NCBI GenBank assembly: GCA_963817955.1 | Contig: CAWFQK010000002.1 | Coordinates: 224,001 to 288,000, forward strand | DNA from: an uncultured Gemmatimonadaceae bacterium | GTDB lineage: Bacteria; Gemmatimonadota; Gemmatimonadetes; Gemmatimonadales; Gemmatimonadaceae | DNA length: 64,000 bases | Direction: 5' to 3' | Part shown: positions 32,201 to 40,094 of the stretch, in pieces | How positions within the stretch are numbered: position 1 is the first letter of the stretch | Layout: every line of letters starts with the position of its first letter | Made by a program: the position numbers and the translations under genes | The notes under the pieces: generated by a model | Told to the model about the DNA's origin: nothing | Databases searched by the model: none | What the model saw: the letters and a program-made list of their open reading frames with translations, nothing else

Positions 32201-32482
32201 CACCATGGCGTACCCGTCGCCCGACATCACGTACACGTGATCGACGCCGGGAATCTCGAGCATGCGCTGCTCGATCGGACGCGCCAGCAGATTCTCCGTC
32301 TCCTTTGGCGACGCGCCCGGCATTGCCGCGATGACGTCGATCATCGGCACCGAGATTTGCGGCTCCTCCTCGCGCGGCGTCGCGAGAATGCCGAGTACCC
32401 CAACCGCCAACGCCGCAATGGTGATGAGCGGCGTGAGCTTGGAGCGCAGGAATGCCTGCGCGATGCGGCCGGCAATGCCCAT
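29237..32482 (-). CDS. RND efflux permease (AcrB/CusA family)
   Basis: PREEEPQI, GILVDDAIVVVENI, GIIVRNSILLVDF, RFRPIALT. Confidence 0.93.
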   Translation of the reverse strand: MGIAGRIAQAFLRSKLTPLITIAALAVGVLGILATPREEEPQISVPMIDVIAAMPGASPKETENLLARPIEQRMLEIPGVDHVYVMSGDGYAMVTVRFKVGEDQERSVTKVQAKLAGAMDQAPAGALPPVVKPHSIDDVPVLALTLHGTRYDANTLRQIAVHLEDEIRTVPDVSETFVTGGQPKQIRVTLDASRLAASGVTPGEVAMALKSANARLQAGDFADANQVFRVAVGAPLTTSADVGSVVVGVRAGAPVYVRNVADVSEDFGEPTTYVSHEDRSGASEPAVTIAVAKRKGANATRVTEVVLERVHAAEARLLPPDVKLTVTRDYGATAGEKARELILHLLIATLSVTLLIWIFLGWREAAVVLVAVPVTLALTLFAYYALGYTLNRITLFALIFSIGILVDDAIVVVENIYRHLKMGDRTPEVAAVEAVDEVGNPTILATFTVIAAILPMAFVSGMMGPYMRPIPIGASFAMLASLAVAFIVTPYLAYRLLKGHVHTPAKAHDRAHEEEERSGFARFYARIMTPLMDRPALRRTFYGSIVGLLALSMGLVFLKAVKVKMLPFDNKSEFQVVLDLPEGTTLETTNALGQEIARYLHNVPEVLSTEVYAGTAAPFNFNGLVRHYFMRAGPNVADVQVNLLPKGDRSRQSHAIAVAVRPGIDSIARRYDASAKVAEIPPGPPVLSTLVAEVYAANDSVRLEAARDVKRVFETTPGVVDVDWTVEAPQQQRTFRVDRVRAAEAGASVEQITQTLYLALSGAASGIASSPTAREGTAIVPRLPLAQRSSVDALLALPIATATGPQPLARFVTVVSGTIESSRIRKDLRPAIYVTGDVAGQIESPVYAILTMNKRLDSIRVNGAQIARYNAVAPSRLDETAIKWDGEWQVTIEVFRDLGLAFAIVLVLIYVLVVGWFQSFKVPLVIMAPIPLTLIGILPGHAISGAFFTATSMIGMIALAGIIVRNSILLVDFIQLAEARGRPLREAVLEAGAVRFRPIALTAAAVVVGGLVMVLDPIFQGLAVALMSGAVVATLLTMIVVPILYWELRRREPVAPREALIDEDADGGVQRLAAASDFVTA

Positions 32483-32484
32483 CG

Positions 32485-33531
32485 TCAGTTCCTCGCGGCA
32501 ATAGTCGCTGCAGCAGCCACGGGCACGATCACCTGATCGCCCGCGCGCAGCCCGGAGTTCACCTGCACCACGTCGCCGGTCTGCACGCCCAGTCGTATCC
32601 AGCGGGTCTCGTCACCCGCCGCCGTCCGCACCGTGACACCAGTGAGATCGCCCTCGCGCGTGACCGCTCGCGCCGGCACGATGATCGCCGATCGTTGGCC
32701 AAGGGGCAGTGCAAGCGTCGCCGTACTGCCGGGAAGCATGGATCCGCCGGGGTTTGTCACGATCGCGTTGATGGTGTAGAGATTTCCCGCCGCGGCCGGC
32801 ACGACTCCTTCAATCGCGGCATGGACCGCCTGCCCTTCAATCGTTGCTCCAATGGTCTGGCCACGGCGCAGTCCGCGCGCCACGTTCGGTGTTGCACTCG
32901 CCACGATCCTGAGCTGCGATGCATCGAGCACAGTGATGAGCGGCGCACCGGGCGCCGCAAACGCGCCGGGATCGACGAACCGCTTGATCACCGTGCCGGC
33001 AAACGGAGCGCGCACCGTCGCGTAGGTCGTCGCAGCCTCCACCTCGGCCGCCGCGGCGTGCGCCGAACGCACGGCGGCATCGGCGCGAGCCACCGCCGTT
33101 TCGACCCCATCGAGCTGCGCTCGTGTTGCGGCGCTGTCGACATAGAGAGCCCGAATGCGCCGGGCCTGGGTCGTCGCGTCGCGCTGCATCGCCTCGGCCT
33201 CGGCGATCGATGCCGCCACCTGCGATTGCTTGGCGACCAGATCGCGTGCGTCGATCTGCACCAGCGGCTGGCCGGCGCCCACGGCATCGCCTTCCTTCAC
33301 CACGACCGTGGTCACGGTGCCCATCAGCTTCGTACTGAGCGTCGCCTGGCGAATGGGCTGGGCCACACCGGCGGCCTCGAACGTCGCCTGCATGATCGTG
33401 TCCTTCACCACGTACACGGTGCCCGGCGCGCGGCTCGCCGCCACCGGCGGTGCCTTGGCAGCGGGGGAGCCACAGGCAGCCGCGGCGAGGAGCAGCGCAC
33501 CGCCGGCGAAGCCATCAAGTCGAATGGTCAT
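32485..33531 (-). CDS. RND periplasmic adaptor (membrane fusion protein)
   Basis: Lipobox AAAC, VKEGDAV..GQPL, VRAPFAG, SGLRAGDQVI. Confidence 0.9.
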   Translation of the reverse strand: MTIRLDGFAGGALLLAAAACGSPAAKAPPVAASRAPGTVYVVKDTIMQATFEAAGVAQPIRQATLSTKLMGTVTTVVVKEGDAVGAGQPLVQIDARDLVAKQSQVAASIAEAEAMQRDATTQARRIRALYVDSAATRAQLDGVETAVARADAAVRSAHAAAAEVEAATTYATVRAPFAGTVIKRFVDPGAFAAPGAPLITVLDASQLRIVASATPNVARGLRRGQTIGATIEGQAVHAAIEGVVPAAAGNLYTINAIVTNPGGSMLPGSTATLALPLGQRSAIIVPARAVTREGDLTGVTVRTAAGDETRWIRLGVQTGDVVQVNSGLRAGDQVIVPVAAAATIAARN

Positions 33532-33559
33532 GAGAGATTCCTGGTGATGTCGGTGCGGG

Positions 33560-34957
33560 TCACCGCGATGGGGACGCGGCCACTGCGGGGGTCGAATCGT
33601 CGAGCGCGGCGAGCGACGCCGGGTCGCCGCCGATGGCGCGGCGACGTTCCGCCGCGGCCGTAATCGCCACATAGCGCGCTTGCGACAGCGCGAGCGCACT
33701 CTGTGTCTCGGTGGCTTGCGCGTCGAGCAGTTCCACGACACTCGCCAATCCACCGTCGTACTTGCGCGCCACAATGCGGTGCGCTTCGGCGCTTTGGGTC
33801 GCGCCACGTTCCGCGATCGTGAGCCGCGTGAGTGCCACCGCCAGCGCCGTGCGCGTCTGCTCCACGTCCACACGCGCTTGGGCCATGGCCCCGTCGGCCT
33901 GCGCCTGCGCGGCTGCGGCGCGGCCGCTCGTTGTCTGCATGTCAGCGAGGTCGCCGGCTCCGGCGAACAGACTCCAGGACGCCATCACTCCCGCCGTCCA
34001 GTTCTTATCGCCACCATAGAGACGCGCCGCCGAATTCCAGTCGTACCGCGCGAAGGAGTTGATCCGCGGCAGATACGCTGCGCGCGCGCGGAGGGCGTCG
34101 GCCCGCGCCGCATCGCTCCCAGTGGTCGCGGCGCGGACGTCGGCACGCGGTTGGATAGGGATGACCGCGGTGTCGGCCGATACGACGGCGCGGATGCGGT
34201 CGTCCGATGGCAGCGCATTGGGCGACGTGATGGCGGTCGGAGATTGCGTCCCGTCCCCGCCGAGCACGACCGCGAGCTGACGGCGCGCCGACGTTGCTGC
34301 GCCTTCCGCCTCGGCGAGCTGGGCGTCGATGTCGCCGGCACGAACCGACGCGAGCAGCGCATCGGAGTTGGTGACCAGCCCCTGGCGCACCATGGACTGG
34401 GCCTGATTCACGTGAGCGTGAGCCGCGCGTGCAGCAGCCTGAAGCGTTGCCACACGTTCCGAGGCGAGCACCGCGCCATAATACGCGCGCACCACATCCA
34501 CCCGCGTCGTGAGTCGCGTCCACTCCTCGGCGGCGCGTGTGGCACCAGCGGCGAGAGTCGCGGCGCGACGGCCGGTCCAGGCGTCGGCATTGAAGATTGG
34601 CTGCTCGAGCACGATGCCGCCCTGGTAGTTCCCGACCGCGTCAGGGTGGTTGAGACGGTCCGGTGCAAAGTCCGCCGGGGTGACGATCCGCTGCCGCAGA
34701 TCAATGCCGAACGCGCCGATGGGGTCCGTCGTGCGAATGTAGCCGGCCTCGAAGCGGACGGTCGGCAGAATGCCCTTCAACGGCGCGAGCGTCTGGCCGG
34801 CCTGGGCGTCGGCGTTTCCGGCGGCGGCGCGATTGGCATAGGCGGCGTGGTCGGCCTGGCCGAACGCCTGCCGCAGCGTGAGCTGGGCGGCGGCGTGGCG
34901 CGGCGCGACCGTGATGACAAAGGCGGTGAGGGCGAGCGCAATCGGGAATCGAGGCAT
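33560..34957 (-). CDS. TolC-family outer-membrane factor
   Basis: Signal peptide, QPIFN, VVRAYY, KYDGGLASVVELLDAQ. Confidence 0.88.
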   Translation of the reverse strand: MPRFPIALALTAFVITVAPRHAAAQLTLRQAFGQADHAAYANRAAAGNADAQAGQTLAPLKGILPTVRFEAGYIRTTDPIGAFGIDLRQRIVTPADFAPDRLNHPDAVGNYQGGIVLEQPIFNADAWTGRRAATLAAGATRAAEEWTRLTTRVDVVRAYYGAVLASERVATLQAAARAAHAHVNQAQSMVRQGLVTNSDALLASVRAGDIDAQLAEAEGAATSARRQLAVVLGGDGTQSPTAITSPNALPSDDRIRAVVSADTAVIPIQPRADVRAATTGSDAARADALRARAAYLPRINSFARYDWNSAARLYGGDKNWTAGVMASWSLFAGAGDLADMQTTSGRAAAAQAQADGAMAQARVDVEQTRTALAVALTRLTIAERGATQSAEAHRIVARKYDGGLASVVELLDAQATETQSALALSQARYVAITAAAERRRAIGGDPASLAALDDSTPAVAASPSR

Positions 34958-34993
34958 TGCGAGCGGTCCGGGAAGACAGGATGACCTAGTATC

Positions 34994-35021
34994 TGACTAT
35001 ACAATTATGCAGTAATATAGC
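34994..35021. promoter_or_regulatory. Putative operator/promoter of the RND cluster
   Basis: AT-rich TGACTATACAATT...TATAG; 12/13 match to TGACTATACAGTT at 27022-27034. Confidence 0.55.
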
Positions 35022-35108
35022 TGGCTGTCAATGGCCTGGCCGTCTGACAATGGCCGGCGTTGCGGTTGCGACAGGGCACTGGCGCGAGGTCTGCGGGTAT
35101 CTCCTGAG

Positions 35109-36536
35109 ATGACGATCGACACTCCGCGGGACGCTGGCGGCCAGCAGTCGGAACAAGCGGTCCCAACGACGCGAGCCATGTGGCTCCCGCTCATCGCGGT
35201 GATCGTCGTGCTCGGCCTGCTGGCCGCGGCACCGGTCCTCGTGAGCCTGCACGCGCGCCGGCTTCGCACGGTGATCAGCGACGTCATCGACCCGGCACGT
35301 CTCCGCGCCACCGATCTGTCGGCCTCGCTCTCGAAGGAGATGTTCGCCGTCGGCATGCAGTCGGGGACCGGTCGCGCATCGGAGGATGCTTTCTATCAGA
35401 AGTCATTACAGGTCGAGCACGGCGATGCATTCGCGCTCGACTCGCTGTTGCGCTTCGCGAACGCCGGCGCGGTCGAACAATTCGCTCAATACCGCGAAGC
35501 CGCCACGCGATGGCACGATGATGTGGACGCCATGAGGCAAGGGCCGGCGGGCGCGGCCGACCGCGACACGGCCCGCACGGACGGGGTGGCCGCGCTCGCG
35601 GCCACCAGCCGTCTGAGTGACGGCTTGGAGCAGGTCGGCGTTGCGGCCCGCGACCAGGTGCGGAGCGCCGAACAACTGGACGTGCTCTTGCCTGCCGCTG
35701 TCGTTCCGCTCGCGTTGCTCGCGTGCGTGCTACTCGTGCGGGCCGGCCGCCGGACAGTCGACATCGCCGTTCGTGCAGAGCGAAACCGTCACGCACTCGC
35801 CCAGGCGATGGAGCAGAAGAGCGCCTTCATGCGTGGCATTTCCCATGACCTGCAAAATCCGTTGAGCGCCGCGCTCGGGTACATCGAGCTCAGCCTCGAC
35901 GGATACACAAAGCCCGAGGAGCAGCGCGACACGTTGGCCCGCGTCCGGCGCCTGGTGAGCACTGCCAGCGAAACCGTGGGCTCCCTCCTCTCGCTCGCCC
36001 AGAGCGAGGCCGGCGAAATCCGGCTTGATGCGCGGAGTATCGAGCTCTGTGCTTTGGTCCGCGCGGCGATCGAGGACCATGCACCCGTCGTCCGTACCAG
36101 GCACCAGAGCATCGCGTTCACCGGGCCGTCCGAATGCAGGGCCACAGGCGATGCCGGGCGCGTGCGGCACATCGTCGACAACCTGCTCTCCAACGCGAGC
36201 AAGTATACCCAGCCCGGCGGCCACATCCGCGCATCGGTGGCACGCCGTCGGCGGGGCGGACGCACCTGGTCAGTCGTGATCGTTGAAGATTCCGGGCCGG
36301 GCATTCCGCCCGACTGGCGCGAGCGCGTATTCGAAGAATTCGCACGCGTGCCCGGAACCAGCGACATCGCTCCCGGAAACGGAATCGGCCTCGCCGTGAG
36401 CCGCCGCGTCGCGCGGTTGATGGGAGGCGACATCACGCTCGGAGCAGCGGACGAGCCATCCAATGCTGACTCACCACTCGGCGGGGCCGTGTTCATACTC
36501 TGGCTCGTGGCTGGGGAGACCGGGTCGGCGGCCTAA
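35109..36536 (+). CDS. Membrane sensor histidine kinase (orphan)
   Basis: 2 TM, SHDLQNPL, NLLSNASKY, DSGPGI, GNGIGL. Confidence 0.9.
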   Translation: MTIDTPRDAGGQQSEQAVPTTRAMWLPLIAVIVVLGLLAAAPVLVSLHARRLRTVISDVIDPARLRATDLSASLSKEMFAVGMQSGTGRASEDAFYQKSLQVEHGDAFALDSLLRFANAGAVEQFAQYREAATRWHDDVDAMRQGPAGAADRDTARTDGVAALAATSRLSDGLEQVGVAARDQVRSAEQLDVLLPAAVVPLALLACVLLVRAGRRTVDIAVRAERNRHALAQAMEQKSAFMRGISHDLQNPLSAALGYIELSLDGYTKPEEQRDTLARVRRLVSTASETVGSLLSLAQSEAGEIRLDARSIELCALVRAAIEDHAPVVRTRHQSIAFTGPSECRATGDAGRVRHIVDNLLSNASKYTQPGGHIRASVARRRRGGRTWSVVIVEDSGPGIPPDWRERVFEEFARVPGTSDIAPGNGIGLAVSRRVARLMGGDITLGAADEPSNADSPLGGAVFILWLVAGETGSAA

Positions 36537-36537
36537 T

Positions 36538-36719
36538 GACACGGGACACGAGACACGAGACACGAGACACGAGACACGAGAAACTCACAACTCACAACTC
36601 ACAACTGGAAACTCGAACCTCGCCGACCGGCGCTATTTGCCTCCAAGCCAGGGACCCCGGCGCCCGTAACCTGACTGACAACTCACCACTGACCACTGAT
36701 CACCGATCACCGATCACCC
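36538..36719 (+). repeat. Compound heptamer tandem repeats
   Basis: GACACGR x6, then ACAACTC/GAAACTC-like x6; 36671-36719 ACCACTG/ATCACCG-like x7. Confidence 0.9.
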
Positions 36720-36779
36720 GTCGTCCCGATCGCTTGCCCCGGCCAACGCTCCCTCGATCGGGACGCGCCGCCGCCACGC

Positions 36780-37253
36780 CTACTCAGGCGCTGCGACCGT
36801 CACCGAGACCGGATCGCTGGCCAGTACGCGTTGCTCACCCCAGACCTGCGCGACCAAACGGTATCGCCCCAACGCCACCGGTAGCGCCCCGTGCGCACCA
36901 TCGGTCCTGTCAGCGGACCAGCGGTCGTGGATGACCACGCTGTCGCCCGGCGCGAGGTCTAGATCGGCGTAGAGGTTCATGCCGCATACGCGATCGGGAA
37001 GCGGTATCACACCTCCCGATTCGTCGAGAATGACGTACGCCCGAGCGCAGCCATAACTGAGGGGATTTGTCGTCTGAGCGAAGCCAGGCCCGCGATTCGT
37101 GACCCGGACAGTTATCCCAACATCATTGGATGGACTCACGACCGCGCGATCGACTGACAGGACCACGTCGAGGTGGTTCTGCGCCTCCGTGGTGAGCCGG
37201 CAGGCACCCAGTGCAACACATAGGATGGGAAGAAACTGCGCTACTCGGGCCAT
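36780..37253 (-). CDS. Hypothetical lipoprotein (Ig-like)
   Basis: Lipobox LGAC; beta-rich; RBS GGAG. Confidence 0.6.
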   Translation of the reverse strand: MARVAQFLPILCVALGACRLTTEAQNHLDVVLSVDRAVVSPSNDVGITVRVTNRGPGFAQTTNPLSYGCARAYVILDESGGVIPLPDRVCGMNLYADLDLAPGDSVVIHDRWSADRTDGAHGALPVALGRYRLVAQVWGEQRVLASDPVSVTVAAPE

Positions 37254-37343
37254 GGGACTCCGCCGTGGTTGATAGATGTCAAACTCCTTGATTGCAGAGT
37301 ACGTCACCGAAAGCTACCGCAAGCCTCGGCGGGTGGCGCCCCG

Positions 37344-37814
37344 TCAGTCGCCGTCGTGTGCATATGTTCCAATGAGCTCCGCGTGATCCAACACGTGATC
37401 CTTCATCGCTCGTTCGAGCTCCGCCTTGGTGGGCTCACCGAGATCCCCCAGCGCGGTATCGAGCGCGTACAGCTTGAAGAAGTACCGATGCCGGCCGATG
37501 GGCGGACAGGGTCCGGTGTAGCCGCGACCGCGCGCATCGTTCACTCCCTCCCGGAACTTCGGGTGATCCGCGCCACCGTCCTCGAGACTGGTCGCCGTTC
37601 CAGGAATGTCGTACGCCACCCAATGCACAAACGTCCGCTTCGGTGCCTTGGGATCGGGCGCATCGGGATCATCAACTATGAGGGCGATAGTTCTGGTTCC
37701 CGCAGGCACGCCTGTCCAGGTCAGAGGCGGCGCCGTACCCGCGCCTTTGCAGGTGTGGGCTTTCGGAATTTCACCGTTCGGCGAAAACGCTGGTGAGCTG
37801 AGCTTGAGGGCCAT
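37344..37814 (-). CDS. YbhB/YbcL (PEBP/Raf kinase inhibitor-like) protein
   Basis: MALKLSSPAF, DDPDAP, FVHW, GPCPPIGRHRYFFKLYALD; own AGGAG RBS. Confidence 0.88.
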   Translation of the reverse strand: MALKLSSPAFSPNGEIPKAHTCKGAGTAPPLTWTGVPAGTRTIALIVDDPDAPDPKAPKRTFVHWVAYDIPGTATSLEDGGADHPKFREGVNDARGRGYTGPCPPIGRHRYFFKLYALDTALGDLGEPTKAELERAMKDHVLDHAELIGTYAHDGD

Positions 37815-38879
37815 GGCAGGTTCTCCTGGTTGATGGGTGCCGCGGGTGCGGCCAATCGCGATGTCAGCGGCGAGATATCCATTCTGTCGTGCCTTCGAAC
37901 TTATCGATCCTGGCTCACGGCCACGCACGAGCGCGACGATGACCGGATAAACGATATCCAGGCGCCGGACCCGCTGTCGCGGATCGATGACGTCGTGCGG
38001 CAATCCCAGGGCCAACGGCAGCTCGTATATCTGTACGACCGCGCCGTGTCTCGCCCATCGGCCACCCATTGCCAGCACCGGGCGCGCCGAAATGGTGCGA
38101 TCGTGCGCATTCAGCAGAATGGCGATGTGCCTGCACGCGGACGGCATTTCCGCGGACGCTCTCCGCACCGCCAGACCGAGCCGCAGGATCTCCCCCACCG
38201 CATGGGTGCTCCATCCGAGCTCACGGTCCGGCTCCGACGGATTCGGAGCACTATGATCTGTGAAGTTCGGAAGGCGAACCGCGAGATTCAGAACCGGACG
38301 GTCGAGCAGCGCAGGAACGCGCGCCAATGCCATCAGGGGCGCAATGATCACGACCCGCCCGGCATCGGGCCGGAATTGCGCGATCCACGCCGCCATGGTG
38401 CCACCCAAGCTCAACCCAGCGACCACAACGGTGTCGCCAAGCGCGTCCGCGATGTCCATCGCTGAATCGGCGCCCGCCCGAAGCTCCTCGGCGGTCATCC
38501 GCGCGAGCGGACCCGCTCCGTCATTGCGCTCGGCGTGATGCGGTAGCCGCGGGATGTACACGTTGGCGCCGTCGCGATACAGCATGCGGCCAAGTGAATC
38601 GAACTGGAGCGGCGAATTCGTGTAGCCGTGTAAGAGCAACACGGCAATCGGCGTTCGCTGTCCATGCGCGAGCAGCACCGATCGTCCCGATGGAACGACC
38701 GTTCGCGCCTCGCCGTCACGCCGTCGCATGATCGCCGACACGGCCGACTGGTAATCGAACGTGGTGCGCGGGTGCGGCCCGAGATCACGCGTTTGGACCG
38801 GCACGCCGGCCAGGAGTCCCAGTGCAATCGCGATCAGCGCCACGATCGAGCTTGCCAACCTGCGCCGGCGCGTCACCAT
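37344..38879 (-). CDS. Alpha/beta hydrolase (esterase), open in frame into the YbhB domain
   Basis: LLHGYTN, GLSLGG nucleophile elbow, PHD; no stop before the YbhB ATG. Confidence 0.7.
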   Translation of the reverse strand: MVTRRRRLASSIVALIAIALGLLAGVPVQTRDLGPHPRTTFDYQSAVSAIMRRRDGEARTVVPSGRSVLLAHGQRTPIAVLLLHGYTNSPLQFDSLGRMLYRDGANVYIPRLPHHAERNDGAGPLARMTAEELRAGADSAMDIADALGDTVVVAGLSLGGTMAAWIAQFRPDAGRVVIIAPLMALARVPALLDRPVLNLAVRLPNFTDHSAPNPSEPDRELGWSTHAVGEILRLGLAVRRASAEMPSACRHIAILLNAHDRTISARPVLAMGGRWARHGAVVQIYELPLALGLPHDVIDPRQRVRRLDIVYPVIVALVRGREPGSISSKARQNGYLAADIAIGRTRGTHQPGEPAMALKLSSPAFSPNGEIPKAHTCKGAGTAPPLTWTGVPAGTRTIALIVDDPDAPDPKAPKRTFVHWVAYDIPGTATSLEDGGADHPKFREGVNDARGRGYTGPCPPIGRHRYFFKLYALDTALGDLGEPTKAELERAMKDHVLDHAELIGTYAHDGD

Positions 38880-39015
38880 ACCTCCGCGGCAGTAGGATCC
38901 CATCCGACAACCGATAGCCGATAACCAACCGATGCCCAATTGCGGCAAGCGATTCGCATGCCGACTCGTGAGTAAGGATGATTGAAAGTCCACTCTGCTG
39001 TAGCGTGCTCGACAC

Positions 39016-39390
39016 ATGGTCTATCATTGGCTCGCGGGCTGCGTCGTCGTGCTCCATTCAATGTTTGTGGCGTTCGTCGTTCTCGGCGGGTTTCTGGCAG
39101 CCCGATGGCGACGGATAATGTGGCTCCACATCCCATGTGCCGTCTGGGGGGCACTGATCGAGTATGCCGGATGGGTCTGCCCGCTCACGCCGCTCGAGAA
39201 CGCGCTCCGCGCCCGGGCAGGCGAGGCTGGCTACGCTGGCGGATTCGTCGAGCACTACCTGCTGCGAGCGCTGTATCCAGCCGGGCTCACGGCGACAATA
39301 CAATGGACGCTGGGCACGTTGGTCATCGGCATCAACATCGCCGCCTATTCATTCGTTTTCGCGCGCGGCGCACACCGTTTGCAGCATTGA
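39016..39390 (+). CDS. DUF2784 membrane protein
   Basis: WLHIP, CPLTPLEN, GFVEHY...YP. Confidence 0.85.
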   Translation: MVYHWLAGCVVVLHSMFVAFVVLGGFLAARWRRIMWLHIPCAVWGALIEYAGWVCPLTPLENALRARAGEAGYAGGFVEHYLLRALYPAGLTATIQWTLGTLVIGINIAAYSFVFARGAHRLQH

Positions 39391-39434
39391 GCGCCAGAGC
39401 CTCTATCTGGAGCTCTATCTATAGGAGAGTAGCT

Positions 39435-40079
39435 ATGGCGAACCGCAAGCCTGGCCGTGAGAGCGCTCGCAACGCTCAGAGCAGTCCCGACGTCGATCGC
39501 GATCTGGCCCGTGGCCCTGCATCGGGGCGCTCAGAGTTTCGTGATCAACGCGAATACGGTGATTACGAAATAGATGATATTCGGTCGCCGGGTGGCGTTC
39601 CACACCGGAGAGCAACCCCAGAAGGATTTGGATTTGCCGCACCGCCCAATTACAGCCTCGGTGCATGGGCCGACGTGCAACGTGGCGGCCACTTTTTCGG
39701 CCGCGGTCCCAAGGGATATCGACGCTCCGATGAACGAATCAAGGAAGAGATCAGCGATCGACTGATGGCCCATCCCGACATCGATGCCTCAGACGTCGAG
39801 GTGCAGGTCGCGAATGGCATTGTGACGCTGACGGGAACCGTCGAGGACCGCCACGAAAAGCGACTCACCGAATACGTCGCCGAGGACGCGCTCGGCGTGG
39901 ACGACGTGAACAATCAGCTCAAAGTGCGTCACGGATTCTGGGCCACGCTCGCCGGCGAAAGAGCATCCGAAACTGAGCTTGCCCGACGGCCAGAGCGGGA
40001 AATGGGAGTGGCATCCAAACAAGGTGGTCGAGCGAACGCCGCTCGCTCCTCCGCCCGCCGCGATACAGAAGCCCGCTGA
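39435..40079 (+). CDS. BON-domain protein
   Basis: GRGPKGYRRSDERIKEEI, IDASDVEV, VTLTGTV, GVDDVNNQL. Confidence 0.88.
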   Translation: MANRKPGRESARNAQSSPDVDRDLARGPASGRSEFRDQREYGDYEIDDIRSPGGVPHRRATPEGFGFAAPPNYSLGAWADVQRGGHFFGRGPKGYRRSDERIKEEISDRLMAHPDIDASDVEVQVANGIVTLTGTVEDRHEKRLTEYVAEDALGVDDVNNQLKVRHGFWATLAGERASETELARRPEREMGVASKQGGRANAARSSARRDTEAR

Positions 40080-40094
40080 GCAGCGGGGGTTGAC

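Noticed and set aside
29660..34984. Long + strand ORFs opposite RND/MFP/TolC
   Set aside because: Antisense shadow ORFs typical of high-GC coding DNA
36538..36719. CRISPR array
   Set aside because: 7-bp tandem units without unique spacers; no cas genes
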